Source of the DNA: an uncultured Candidatus Peribacteria bacterium
Lineage (GTDB): Bacteria; Patescibacteriota; Gracilibacteria; Peribacterales; Peribacteraceae
Length of the DNA: 64,000 nt
Direction: 5' to 3'
NCBI GenBank assembly: GCA_964466635.1
Contig: CAYXNG010000001.1
Location: 42,958-106,957 of the forward strand
Shown here: positions 43,409 to 52,119 of the stretch, piece by piece
How positions within the stretch are numbered: the first letter of the stretch is position 1
Layout: each line of letters opens with the position of its first letter
Notes under the pieces: model-generated
What the model was told of the DNA's origin: nothing
The model's database searches: none
Seen by the model: the letters and a program-made list of their open reading frames with translations, nothing else
Translations under genes and position numbers: made by a program

Positions 43409-43430
43409 TTCCTCATTCCTTTTTCTTATC

Positions 43431-44867
43431 ATGGCAAACCGGTATCGCACCTCTGCACGCCGTCAGTCCCGCTCGTTCCATCCGCTTGTTCCGTTTCTGA
43501 TTGTCGCATCATTCGGCATTCTCTTTGTCGGCTGTAGCGGCCCCGAAGATGTCGAAGAGACGATGGTTTTCACCGACAATGATGAGGCGCTCTACCGCGA
43601 GCTTGCGGACAGCGCTTCCGGAAGCACGACTCTGTCGGGATCTGGAGAAGATATGCCGTTCATAGAGCCGCTTGATACGGGATCCGGCAGTTCATCCGAT
43701 GACTCGGTGGTGCTCGATCTGTCGATGGTCGATTCCTATGCCGCTATGCGCAGGGGTACCGCAGGAAACGGTTCATACCAGGTGACGAATACCTTCCTGA
43801 ACGTTCGCGATCAGGCATCGACGGGGGGCGCCAACATCGCACAGTTCCAGTTCGGACAGTCGGTGAACGTCCTCGAATTCATCGATTCACAGTGGGCAAA
43901 AATCAAGCTGTCGGATGGACGCGAGGGGTACGTCGCGCACCGGTATCTGGCGAAGGCGACCAGCGAGGAGCGGCTTGCAGATGAGAAAAAGCAGTTTGAG
44001 GGTATGTACTACGTAAGCTTCGGTTTCGTAAACGTACGTAAGTCTGCGGACCAGAGCAGCGACAAGATCGGTGAAATTCCAGGAGGGAAAATCATCCGTC
44101 CCTCACAGATTCAGGGTGGTTGGGCCAAGGTCAGCTACAATGGTTTGGAGGGCTACGTCTCGGAGTCCTACCTTGCGCCGTTCCTGCCGAACTTCATCGT
44201 CCGTCAGGAGACATATGACCTGCCGGTTCTCCATTACCGTCTGACCAGCGACCGCACCGATGAACTGCTTACGGCTTTGGGTCAGCAGGTTACCGAGCTG
44301 CGCGCACAGGGCTACACCTTCATGACGTTCGCAAACTTGCGTGATCTTCTTGTCCGTCAGCAGGAACGGGATGTGCGCCTTGATCCTAAAAAGGTTATTG
44401 TGGCCGTCTCCGGAATCACGCCGAACAATATCAAAGACGTGTCGTCCGCCCTCAATACCGCGGGCATCAATGCGACGCTCTTCATCCAGACGCAGCACGT
44501 CGGACTTTCCGGAATCACGGAAAAGACATTACTGACGATGATGGCCAATGGCTTCGACATCCAGTCCGCCACGCACACCGGAGATGATCTGCGCGCTCTG
44601 ACCAACGCTCAGTCCGAACTGGAACTGCAACAGAGCCGCAAGCTGCTGGAGGAGTACACGAAGAAGCCGGTCTTCGCCGTCGCGTATCCGCAGGGCGGCG
44701 TGAACGATCGCATTGCACAGATTGCCGCTGACGCAGGCTACCTCTTCGGCATCGGCGATGATGCGGACCGAAGCTTCGGCCGCAGCCAGCTGCTGCGCAT
44801 TCCCGCTATGGTTGTCTTCCCAAGCGCATCGACAGAGGAAATCGTGAAGTTCGTAACAGGAAAATAA
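43431..44867 (+). CDS. lipoprotein with two SH3b domains and a polysaccharide deacetylase (NodB) domain
   Basis: Lipobox (ILFVGCSG). Two SH3b-like repeats are present (FLNVRDQAS...WAKIKLSDGREGYVAHRYL and FVNVRKSADQ...WAKVSYNGLEGYVSESYL). The C-terminal part shows the deacetylase pattern (SATHTGDDL, AYPQGG). Confidence 0.65.
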   Translation: MANRYRTSARRQSRSFHPLVPFLIVASFGILFVGCSGPEDVEETMVFTDNDEALYRELADSASGSTTLSGSGEDMPFIEPLDTGSGSSSDDSVVLDLSMVDSYAAMRRGTAGNGSYQVTNTFLNVRDQASTGGANIAQFQFGQSVNVLEFIDSQWAKIKLSDGREGYVAHRYLAKATSEERLADEKKQFEGMYYVSFGFVNVRKSADQSSDKIGEIPGGKIIRPSQIQGGWAKVSYNGLEGYVSESYLAPFLPNFIVRQETYDLPVLHYRLTSDRTDELLTALGQQVTELRAQGYTFMTFANLRDLLVRQQERDVRLDPKKVIVAVSGITPNNIKDVSSALNTAGINATLFIQTQHVGLSGITEKTLLTMMANGFDIQSATHTGDDLRALTNAQSELELQQSRKLLEEYTKKPVFAVAYPQGGVNDRIAQIAADAGYLFGIGDDADRSFGRSQLLRIPAMVVFPSASTEEIVKFVTGK

Positions 44868-44892
44868 TCTCACGTATATCCACACACATATG

Positions 44893-44916
44893 GGAGGGCT
44901 ACGGCCCTCCTTTTTT
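44893..44916 (+). terminator. Rho-independent terminator
   Basis: Hairpin ggagggc-tacg-gccctcc followed by tttttt. Confidence 0.65.
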
Positions 44917-44928
44917 AAATACAAAGCA

Positions 44929-45032
44929 GTATCATCCCGAGCACCTCACTCCGTTCGGCATAAACTCCGACAAGGGATCAGTGGTTCGTCGGAGCCTGTC
45001 CTGAGCTTGTCGAAGGGCTCACCATGACACGC
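44929..45032. repeat. composite of two REP-like elements
   Basis: Sequence gtatcatcccgagcacctcactccgttcggc ... tgtcctgagcttgtcgaagggctcaccatgacacgc. The second half closely matches 115-146. Confidence 0.6.
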
Positions 45033-45350
45033 TTACTGCTGCCCGTTCAAATACTGCTGCAATTGCTCCACCAAGCTCTGAGTGTCCTGCGATTCCGCTC
45101 CGCCGCCCATCGACCCTTGGATCATCTGGTTGGTCATCTGCTCAATCATCTGTGGCATGTGTGCAACAAAGTACCACGTGCTCCAGATGATGAAGAGCGT
45201 GAACGCGAGCCAGACCATACCGTGAATGTAGGAGCCGATCATGCGGGCACGATCCCGGCGCTCCAAGCGGTGAAGATAGCCGATGATCTCATCGAGCTTG
45301 TCTTCCATAGATTGCTTCGGTTCTTCGATACTCTCTGTGGCTTTGCGCAT
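45033..45350 (-). CDS. small membrane protein
   Basis: 105 aa with one central TM pair (MVWLAFTLFIIWSTWYFVA). I preferred it to the antisense ORF 45024..45389 on composition. Confidence 0.4.
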   Translation of the reverse strand: MRKATESIEEPKQSMEDKLDEIIGYLHRLERRDRARMIGSYIHGMVWLAFTLFIIWSTWYFVAHMPQMIEQMTNQMIQGSMGGGAESQDTQSLVEQLQQYLNGQQ

Positions 45351-45385
45351 GAGCTTACTATAACCCTTGATGCAGTCGTCTCAAG

Positions 45386-46483
45386 TTAAAACCCGCGTTT
45401 CCATTTGCGGATAAACTCAAATGCCCGCGTGAAGCGATACGATGACGTCAGCGGCAGGTCGATACAATGGACGAGTGGCAACGGCTTTCCGCCGAAGCCG
45501 GTCTTGAACGTGGTGACGCCGGCGAACGGATGGCTCTTGTCGATAATCACCTCCTCACCGGTTTCCAGCATCTTGCGCGGGGCGATCCCCCAGAAGTTGT
45601 AGATGCTGTCACCGCGCTTGAGCGCATCGGAAATTGCCGTCCACTGCAGCAGATAACTGGCGGGGATCTTTGCGTACTTGTGGGTGCTGGCTCCATGGTG
45701 ATAGCTGGTCACACCGCCGTAGGTCATGTGGACTGATGCTGCGACCGGTTCATTCTGATAGCGTGCGATGTAGACGATCGCCTGACCTTTGGGTGCGAAA
45801 TGTTTCACTTGTGCGCGAATGTAGCTCTCGCGGTAGGGGACAAAGTGATGACGCTTGTACGTCTCTTCCTGCAGCTTGAAGTAGATGTCGAGGTCCGCGT
45901 CCGGGTTGTTCGAGGCTTCGACCGTCACTCCTTCGCGCTCGGCACGGCCGATTAAATTGCGAGTCGTCTTACGCATGTCTGCTTTAATCGATTCCTCCGT
46001 GCGTGCCTCTAACTGCGCATCAAACCGATCGTCGATCCATCGATCGACGCTGCGAAGCGCGATGTACCACGTGTACTCCGAGAGCAGGTGCAGCGGGGAC
46101 GGCATTGATTCTGCTGGCGGCCATCCGATCTGTGAAGCCATCGATTCCGGCAAGAACGGGCTGACGCGGATGAAGCCGCAATTGTGATCCCGCGCTACAT
46201 CTTTTACTGCTGCCAGTAAGGAGCTAGTGGCGAGAGGCTGGTGGCCAGAGGCCGTGATCGGTCCATATTGCACCATGAGATGACGGCCGCGTCGTGCCGG
46301 CACGACAATCGCCTGACAGATGCCGGTGATGATTCCATCTTCTCGCATCTCTAAGCGCACCGGTTCCTGTCCGATGTCGCGGTAGACTTCTCCCATCGTC
46401 CAGCTTTGGAGGAACGGGCTGAAGCGTTGCAACTGCAGGAACTGTTCCCAGGAGGCCTGATCGGTAGCGGGCTGGATGTTCAT
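45386..46483 (-). CDS. FemAB-family peptidoglycan interpeptide-bridge aminoacyltransferase
   Basis: 365 aa. The segment YHHGASTHKYAKIPASYLLQWTAISDALKRGDSIYNFWG fits the FemABX pattern. It contains the in-frame repeat at 46219-46252 (SGHQPLATSS). Confidence 0.75.
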   Translation of the reverse strand: MNIQPATDQASWEQFLQLQRFSPFLQSWTMGEVYRDIGQEPVRLEMREDGIITGICQAIVVPARRGRHLMVQYGPITASGHQPLATSSLLAAVKDVARDHNCGFIRVSPFLPESMASQIGWPPAESMPSPLHLLSEYTWYIALRSVDRWIDDRFDAQLEARTEESIKADMRKTTRNLIGRAEREGVTVEASNNPDADLDIYFKLQEETYKRHHFVPYRESYIRAQVKHFAPKGQAIVYIARYQNEPVAASVHMTYGGVTSYHHGASTHKYAKIPASYLLQWTAISDALKRGDSIYNFWGIAPRKMLETGEEVIIDKSHPFAGVTTFKTGFGGKPLPLVHCIDLPLTSSYRFTRAFEFIRKWKRGF

Positions 46484-46510
46484 TGCAAGAAGAATAGCAG
46501 ATGGCAGATA

Positions 46511-47848
46511 TCAGATATCAGTACGATGTGTATTGCTGACATCTGACTTCTGAGATCGTAATAATGGATCAAGGAGTTCAACCAGCTTCTGTGCCTGCTC
46601 CATCGACGTGTCCGGGTTTGTCGGCAGACAGAGAATCTGCTGTCCTGCCATCTCAGCCTTCGGATCATCGCCGTCTTTGTAGCCGCATGCCGCATCATCG
46701 GCATTGGCAGGGCAGATCACACAGCCGGTCCAGCCATCATGGAGATGAATGTTGTGTGTGCGCAACTTCTGACGAATGTTTTCTGCACCCGGCGTGAAGA
46801 GCGGGAATTTCTGCAGCGGGAAGTTGGGAATGACGCCCAGAAGGAGCGGCCAGTTCCGGCGCACTGCTTCGTTGAAGTAATAGTCCGTCAGTGTGCGGCG
46901 ATGTGCGTTGATCTGCTCCAGTCGCTTCCACTGCTGCAGAGCCAGCGCCGCACAGGCGTTGGGCATGCGATGGAGAGTCGTGCCCATCTTTCCTGCCTTC
47001 TCATTTTTCGTGACAATGGGAGCAAGCAGATGGAGCTTGCCGAAGACAGCGAGCAGGATTTTCCCAATGCCTATGCCATACAACGGCTTCGCGATGGCAT
47101 AGAGGATGGGGTACTGCAGCCAGCGTTTGATGTGCCAGAGACCGAATGGTGTTGCATCGTTTTCTAGCTTCTGTAGGTCATGATAGATGTCCGATCGTTT
47201 ACAGATGACCGCGCCACCGGTGACACCGGAGATCGCCTTGTCCCGTCCGAAGCTGAAGAAGAGCAGATCTCCATATTGGCCAATCTCCTCCGGCCCCTGC
47301 TTGTCAGGAATAATGTGCGCGCAATCTTCAATCAGAATGAGTGAGTGGCGGTCGCACAGCGTGCGCAATTCTTTGGTGAACGCAGGAATACCAAATGTGT
47401 GCTGGCAGATAATTGCACGGGTGTTTGGGGTAATCAGCTTTTCCACTTCGAGTACATCGAGGTTGAGGGTGTCTTGTTCGATGTCCGCGAAGATCGGTGT
47501 CATGCCCGCGGCAATAATCGCATTCGGCACGACGATGCAGGTGTAGCCCTGGACAATCACTTCTTCGTCCTTGCGGGACTTCAATGACTTGAGAATTGCA
47601 AGCAGTGCTTCACGGCCCGATCCGAACAGATGAGCCTGACCGCCAAAGTGCTCTGCCAGTGCCTGCTTCAGTAGATCTTTCTCCGGTCCTTCACGCCAGA
47701 CCCACGGCATGAACGCGAGTTTCAGTGCTTTGCGGATCTGCTTTCTGTCCGCCAGCGGCGCGAAGGTGTGGTGGGTTGGACGAAGCACAGGAGCTAGGAG
47801 CTGGGAAGTAGACGATGGATTGTCGAGAGGGGCATACGACCGACGCAC
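46511..47848 (-). CDS. DegT/DnrJ/EryC1/StrS-family PLP-dependent aminotransferase
   Basis: The motifs GSGREALLAILKSL and FFSFGRDKAISG (PLP lysine) are present. The start is uncertain (47848 or 47710); the N-terminus overlaps the upstream gene and a heptamer repeat. Confidence 0.75.
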   Translation of the reverse strand: MRRSYAPLDNPSSTSQLLAPVLRPTHHTFAPLADRKQIRKALKLAFMPWVWREGPEKDLLKQALAEHFGGQAHLFGSGREALLAILKSLKSRKDEEVIVQGYTCIVVPNAIIAAGMTPIFADIEQDTLNLDVLEVEKLITPNTRAIICQHTFGIPAFTKELRTLCDRHSLILIEDCAHIIPDKQGPEEIGQYGDLLFFSFGRDKAISGVTGGAVICKRSDIYHDLQKLENDATPFGLWHIKRWLQYPILYAIAKPLYGIGIGKILLAVFGKLHLLAPIVTKNEKAGKMGTTLHRMPNACAALALQQWKRLEQINAHRRTLTDYYFNEAVRRNWPLLLGVIPNFPLQKFPLFTPGAENIRQKLRTHNIHLHDGWTGCVICPANADDAACGYKDGDDPKAEMAGQQILCLPTNPDTSMEQAQKLVELLDPLLRSQKSDVSNTHRTDI

Positions 47849-49290
47849 AGCAGGACGGATCGTGCGGCGACACGCTGTGTGTGGGCGGTGAGAATTTCGA
47901 CCGGTTTCCCGAATGTCTGAGCGAAGATGTCTGACCCGTGTGGATCAGTGAAGATCACGCGGTCGACGGTGCTCGATGCCTTTGCGCCAAGTTCCCGGAG
48001 GAATCTTTCTTCATCGGGACCGGTTTCCTGTAGACCGCTGGTCAGCAGCACACGGGGGCTTTCGGTTCGAGTCGATGCCCAATCGAGAGCGGCATGGAAA
48101 CTCAGCGGACTGATGTTGTAGGTGTCATCAAGCATCGTCACGCCGCGTTCGGTTTTGACCGTGAACGTATGTGCCTGAGGTTGGAAGCTCTTTAATAACT
48201 CTTTGATGCGATCCACTTTGATGCCCAGATGACGTGCGACAGCAACGGCGAGTGCAACGTTGTAGTCGTTGTGGCGGCCTTCGAGAGAGTGTGAGAGGTT
48301 AGTTGTATCTGAGGCGATGGTGACAGGGCACGATGCACGTTTAGCGAGTTCGGCACATCCGTCGTTATCGCCATAGAAGAATGCATGTCCGTCTTTTGGC
48401 AGCGCTTCTATCAACTCACCATTTGCATCAATAATGTTCTGTTCCGACCCAAACAATGCCAAGTGGTCGGAGCCGAGAGCGGTCATCACGCCGATGGTCG
48501 GCTGCGCAATACGGCAGAGGAGAGCGATCTCACCCTTTCTATAGGCACCCATTTCAATGACGAAAAGCTTCGAGCTGCGAGCTTCGGGCTGCGTGCTTTC
48601 TTGGCGCTTCTTGTCCTCGTAGCTCGAAGCTGGCTGCGATAGCAGCCATTGCGCCACTCCCATCTCGGTATTCACATGCGCCGGAGTGACGAGCGGTTTC
48701 AGATCCTGCGTCAGATGCGCGATCAATTCTTTCACGGTTGTCTTACCAACGCTGCCGGCAATGCCGATTACCGTGATGTCTTTTAGGGTTGATCGCAGCT
48801 GTGCAGCGCGGTCCATCACACGCTTCTTCAGGATGAGGTCGATCGGTCGCCAGAGCAGCCATGATGCAAGAACAATCAGGGGTTGGACAATGGCGATCAG
48901 CGGATACCCGATTGGCAGTGTCCGCAGAGAGAGGATGACGATGACGTTGATGACGATCGCTGTCCCGCCCAATGCCATCGCTTTGCTGGTCCATTGGGGC
49001 ACGCGTTGCTTGTGCAGCACAATCTGCGCTACAGAGAGCCCTGCCAGCAGCATCATTGCACCAATGACCGAACTAGCCGTAGGCAGCAGGCCGATTGCGA
49101 CGAGTCCGATGAGAACGAGTACCGGGCGTAGACGGCCGACTAACTGGCTCATCCAGCCATCACGTCGCAGATGCTCCTGGAGACGGTCTAAACGCCATTC
49201 CTTCTGCTGAAAGAGGGCGGCAAACGTCAAAAGAGGGGAGATGGCCGCAATGAGGCTCAGGCCGATAACAAGGGCAAAAACAGCTGCCAT
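47794..49290 (-). CDS. Mur ligase (MurF-like) fused to an N-terminal polytopic membrane domain
   Basis: About 170 aa with about 5 TM helices, followed by VIGIAGSVGKTTVKELIAHL (the Mur ligase P-loop) and the central and C-terminal Mur ligase domains. It contains a repeat-derived insert at 48564-48647. Confidence 0.7.
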   Translation of the reverse strand: MAAVFALVIGLSLIAAISPLLTFAALFQQKEWRLDRLQEHLRRDGWMSQLVGRLRPVLVLIGLVAIGLLPTASSVIGAMMLLAGLSVAQIVLHKQRVPQWTSKAMALGGTAIVINVIVILSLRTLPIGYPLIAIVQPLIVLASWLLWRPIDLILKKRVMDRAAQLRSTLKDITVIGIAGSVGKTTVKELIAHLTQDLKPLVTPAHVNTEMGVAQWLLSQPASSYEDKKRQESTQPEARSSKLFVIEMGAYRKGEIALLCRIAQPTIGVMTALGSDHLALFGSEQNIIDANGELIEALPKDGHAFFYGDNDGCAELAKRASCPVTIASDTTNLSHSLEGRHNDYNVALAVAVARHLGIKVDRIKELLKSFQPQAHTFTVKTERGVTMLDDTYNISPLSFHAALDWASTRTESPRVLLTSGLQETGPDEERFLRELGAKASSTVDRVIFTDPHGSDIFAQTFGKPVEILTAHTQRVAARSVLLCVGRMPLSTIHRLLPSS

Positions 49291-49483
49291 GAAGACGTGG
49301 GAACAGAATTGTACCTGATCTGATCATTGCATAAAAATAGATATTGTGATATAATAATATCAATTCCTTTCACACACATATATCTATGAACAAGGAAACA
49401 TCCGCACAGCTTCAGCACGTCGCCGCTGGCTTCGTTCTGGCCTCCATGTACTTCGTGTACATGTTCGTTTTGCTCCCAAACAT

Positions 49484-50218
49484 TTAAAGGGACGAACGGA
49501 TAACGGCTGCGATCTCCGTCGCTTTATCACGATGGACGCGATGACGCACACCCTGATACAGGTGTAGCCGACTGTCGGCTATGCCTTTGTGCATGACATA
49601 TGCATCGCTGACCGGCGTCATGCCGTCCTCGGTTCCCCAGAAAATATCGGTCGGCGTTTTGATGAACGGGAGAATCGGGCGCAGGTCCTCGTGGACAACC
49701 CGGCTCATCGTATCGCGCATGATGGGCGATGCTTTTTCGTAATCGTGCACGCGGACAAGTTTGTACAGGAGCTTCTTGGCAACCGGCTGCAGCTGTTTGA
49801 GGCCGGGAATCGCGAGTAAGAACTTGCCGGTCTTCGCGAGCATCAATCCAAACATCCGTTTGAAGTGTCGTGGATGACGAATACCCGCCGCAGCACAGAG
49901 ATAGAGATGTTTGATAGGGAGTGATCCGCGTGCTGCAAGCTTGAGCCCGATGCGACCGCCATGAGAATGACCTAAGAGATGTAAAGCTTCTGGCCTCTGG
50001 CCTCTGGCCTCTAGATAGTGCTCAACCCAGTCAGCGTAGTCATCTACTGTCCATGGCGTCTTCGGTTCCGGCTCATCGCCAAAGCCCGGGAGATCCGGTG
50101 TCAGAATCTCGATATCGGTGCCTTTGAGTGCTTCTCGGAGCTCGGTAAACGATTCCTTGGAACCGCCCCAACCGTGCAAACAGAGCAGTATGGGCTTCAT
50201 AGGGCTAGTGTACAGCAA
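49484..50218 (-). CDS. alpha/beta-fold hydrolase
   Basis: The motifs LCLHGWGGSKESF and the nucleophile elbow GHSHGG are present. It contains the in-frame heptamer insert at 49985-50014 (LEARGQRPEAL). Confidence 0.8.
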   Translation of the reverse strand: MLYTSPMKPILLCLHGWGGSKESFTELREALKGTDIEILTPDLPGFGDEPEPKTPWTVDDYADWVEHYLEARGQRPEALHLLGHSHGGRIGLKLAARGSLPIKHLYLCAAAGIRHPRHFKRMFGLMLAKTGKFLLAIPGLKQLQPVAKKLLYKLVRVHDYEKASPIMRDTMSRVVHEDLRPILPFIKTPTDIFWGTEDGMTPVSDAYVMHKGIADSRLHLYQGVRHRVHRDKATEIAAVIRSSL

Positions 50219-50277
50219 AACTGGCTAGAAGCGTCTTGTTCTATACGGGTCTTTTGGATACCCTTTGCAGGCTTTAA

Positions 50278-50320
50278 ATATGTCACGGTAGCTCAGTAGG
50301 CCTAGCCTCGCTTGCGAGGC
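50278..50320 (+). pseudogene. tRNA-Met 5' fragment (through D-loop G19) fused to a CUUG-capped hairpin
   Basis: 23 nt at 50278-50300 are identical to 50371-50393. They are followed by cctag and the hairpin gcctcgCTTGcgaggc (50305-50320). Confidence 0.65.
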
Positions 50321-50374
50321 GTTAGGAAACAACTAACCGCGACATTAGAATCTTTTACAGCTTCAAGGCCATAT

Positions 50375-50451
50375 GTCACGGTAGCTCAGTAGGTTAGAGC
50401 GCGGGACTCATAAGCCCGAGGTCGCCGGTTCAATTCCGGCCCGTGACACCA
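50375..50451 (+). tRNA. tRNA-Met(CAT), elongator-type (Ile2/lysidine not excluded)
   Basis: Hand-folded: acceptor GTCACGG/CCGTGAC with a G1-C72 pair, anticodon loop CTCATAA, T-loop TTCAATT, CCA. Confidence 0.85.
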
Positions 50452-50467
50452 CATAAGGTTTTCAGAA

Positions 50468-51058
50468 TCAATGCCACCACCACGGTACATCCTGAGGTGG
50501 TGTTTTATCGTACCCCTTGAGTAATTCCGTATGTTGCTTCAGATATTCTTTTGCCCAATCTTGTATCAATACATCTCGCCGAGTCAGATAACCAACTGGC
50601 GGAGGGGGATCAAGAATTTGTTTCTTGTACAAGGATTGGTAGATACCACCCATCACATCCACATTCTGAGATGTGACATCTTGGAAAATATATGGTGCAA
50701 GGAATTCCTTCTCGCCATGAGTTAATTCATGTAATGCCTTTTCTCGTCCTGCTTTTTGCAGAATTGGAGTACTTCGCACTTCAGGTGGTCTGTGTTGCCT
50801 AGTCTGAACACTTGTTTCAACTTCTTTTTTAGAAACCGTTTCAGGCTTAATCGTTATTTCTGTCTTAGGAGAAACAAAAAGTAGAGTTATAGAAAGAATA
50901 ATGGCTGCACCAAGAACAGTATAGTAAGACCCTATTCCTTGTGATCCAATAAAGGGAACTGAAAAAACAGCAACAAGCATTAGTACCCCAAGGCAAACAA
51001 AAGCTCTAGCTAACGGAGGTAAAGTCAGTACATATTTAACTGCAAATTCAGGAACCAT
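50468..51058 (-). CDS. hypothetical membrane protein in an AT-rich patch
   Basis: 196 aa with two N-terminal TM helices. No family recognised. It lies immediately 3' of tRNA-Met. Confidence 0.45.
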   Translation of the reverse strand: MVPEFAVKYVLTLPPLARAFVCLGVLMLVAVFSVPFIGSQGIGSYYTVLGAAIILSITLLFVSPKTEITIKPETVSKKEVETSVQTRQHRPPEVRSTPILQKAGREKALHELTHGEKEFLAPYIFQDVTSQNVDVMGGIYQSLYKKQILDPPPPVGYLTRRDVLIQDWAKEYLKQHTELLKGYDKTPPQDVPWWWH

Positions 51059-51097
51059 TGACTTAGAGACTATCAGGATTTAATCCTCCAATTCAAT

Positions 51098-51448
51098 TCA
51101 AATCAACGCAAACAGACTCAATGCCATGAACAGCAGGCCAATATCGCGGACGGCAATGTCGTTCCAGCCGGTTTGCGTCAAAATTGCGAGTAAGTGCAGC
51201 GCAATCAGCACTGTGCCTGTTTGGCGAATAATCCGGACAGGAATGAGGATGAGCAGAGCGAGCAGTATTTCTGCGATGCCGATGAGAATCAGCCAGCCAT
51301 TGCGGCTAAATGTTAGGAGTCCTTCCATCCACAGCGGAATCCAGCCGATCCAGTAGTCCGGATGCACGAGTTTGTCGATACCGAAGTAGCCGAACACGAA
51401 TGCCAGGCCGATTGTCAGAAGCAGATTTGGCAGTCCTTTTCGTTGCAT
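51098..51448 (-). CDS. DoxX-like small membrane protein
   Basis: 116 aa with 4 TM helices and a DoxX-like N-terminus (FGYFGIDKLVHP). Confidence 0.5.
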   Translation of the reverse strand: MQRKGLPNLLLTIGLAFVFGYFGIDKLVHPDYWIGWIPLWMEGLLTFSRNGWLILIGIAEILLALLILIPVRIIRQTGTVLIALHLLAILTQTGWNDIAVRDIGLLFMALSLFALI

Positions 51449-51495
51449 AGGTCTTTAGCCTAGCCTAGGCTCCTTCTATTCGCATTTCTTTTCCG

Positions 51496-52008
51496 TTGTT
51501 TCTTCCTATGAAACCTCGCTCCGCATCTATTCTCGCACTCTCCGCATTACTGCTCGCTGCGTGCAATGCGCAGGCGCCAACCGGCACTTCCAGTGAGAGT
51601 TCATCGTCGTTCAGCAGTGAAGAGGCAACCATCATGATGCCGTACCTCGATGACGGTTCATCGTCATCCGACTCCGTCGAACTGAACATCAACTCGTCCG
51701 CAGCCGCAGCCAGTCAGCAGACGAACAATGGTCAGACGCGCGTCATCACTATCAATGTGACAGACTGGGAATTTAGCCCGTCCATGATTGCGGTTGCAAA
51801 GGGAGAGAAGGTTCAGCTCAAGCTTGTCGGTGGAACAGGTATTCACAGCTTTGCCGTGCCGGGGTTGGGCATGAACGTCCGTATAGAGCCTGGTCAGACA
51901 GTCACAGTCGATTTGCCGACAGATGCTACTGGAACGTTCGATGCATCATGCCGCATTCCGTGTGGCCCGGGTCATAAAGATATGAAGGCGACGATCATTA
52001 TTTCGTAG
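51496..52008 (+). CDS. cupredoxin-domain lipoprotein with CuA-type ligand spacing
   Basis: Lipobox (LSALLLAAC), a Ser-rich linker, then a cupredoxin fold with H...C-x3-C-x3-H-x2-M (GIHSF...CRIPCGPGHKDM), the same spacing as in COX2 CuA. Confidence 0.65.
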   Translation: MFLPMKPRSASILALSALLLAACNAQAPTGTSSESSSSFSSEEATIMMPYLDDGSSSSDSVELNINSSAAAASQQTNNGQTRVITINVTDWEFSPSMIAVAKGEKVQLKLVGGTGIHSFAVPGLGMNVRIEPGQTVTVDLPTDATGTFDASCRIPCGPGHKDMKATIIIS

Positions 52009-52028
52009 GGATTCTATTTAGTAGAACG

Positions 52029-52095
52029 AACAATTTAGCAATGTAACAATGTGGCCATTGATCTACTGTTCTATTGCTACATTGTTAAATTGTTC
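52029..52095. repeat. inverted AT-rich 8-mer arrays (caatttag / acaatgta modules)
   Basis: Left arm aacaatttagcaatgtaacaatgtgg; right arm ctattgctacattgttaaattgttc. Confidence 0.7.
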
Positions 52096-52119
52096 CTGAT
52101 ATAAAGGTATACTTCTCTT

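Noticed and set aside
43200-43430. N-terminal extension of the SH3b/deacetylase ORF (ORF-track start 43200)
   Set aside because: It overlaps the last 209 nt of argS in another frame. The ATG at 43431 gives a basic N-terminus plus a lipobox.
50375-50451. Calling the CAT tRNA an initiator tRNA-fMet because of three consecutive G-C pairs in the anticodon stem
   Set aside because: Positions 1 and 72 form a normal G-C pair instead of the bacterial initiator mismatch. I labelled it elongator Met, with Ile2 possible.
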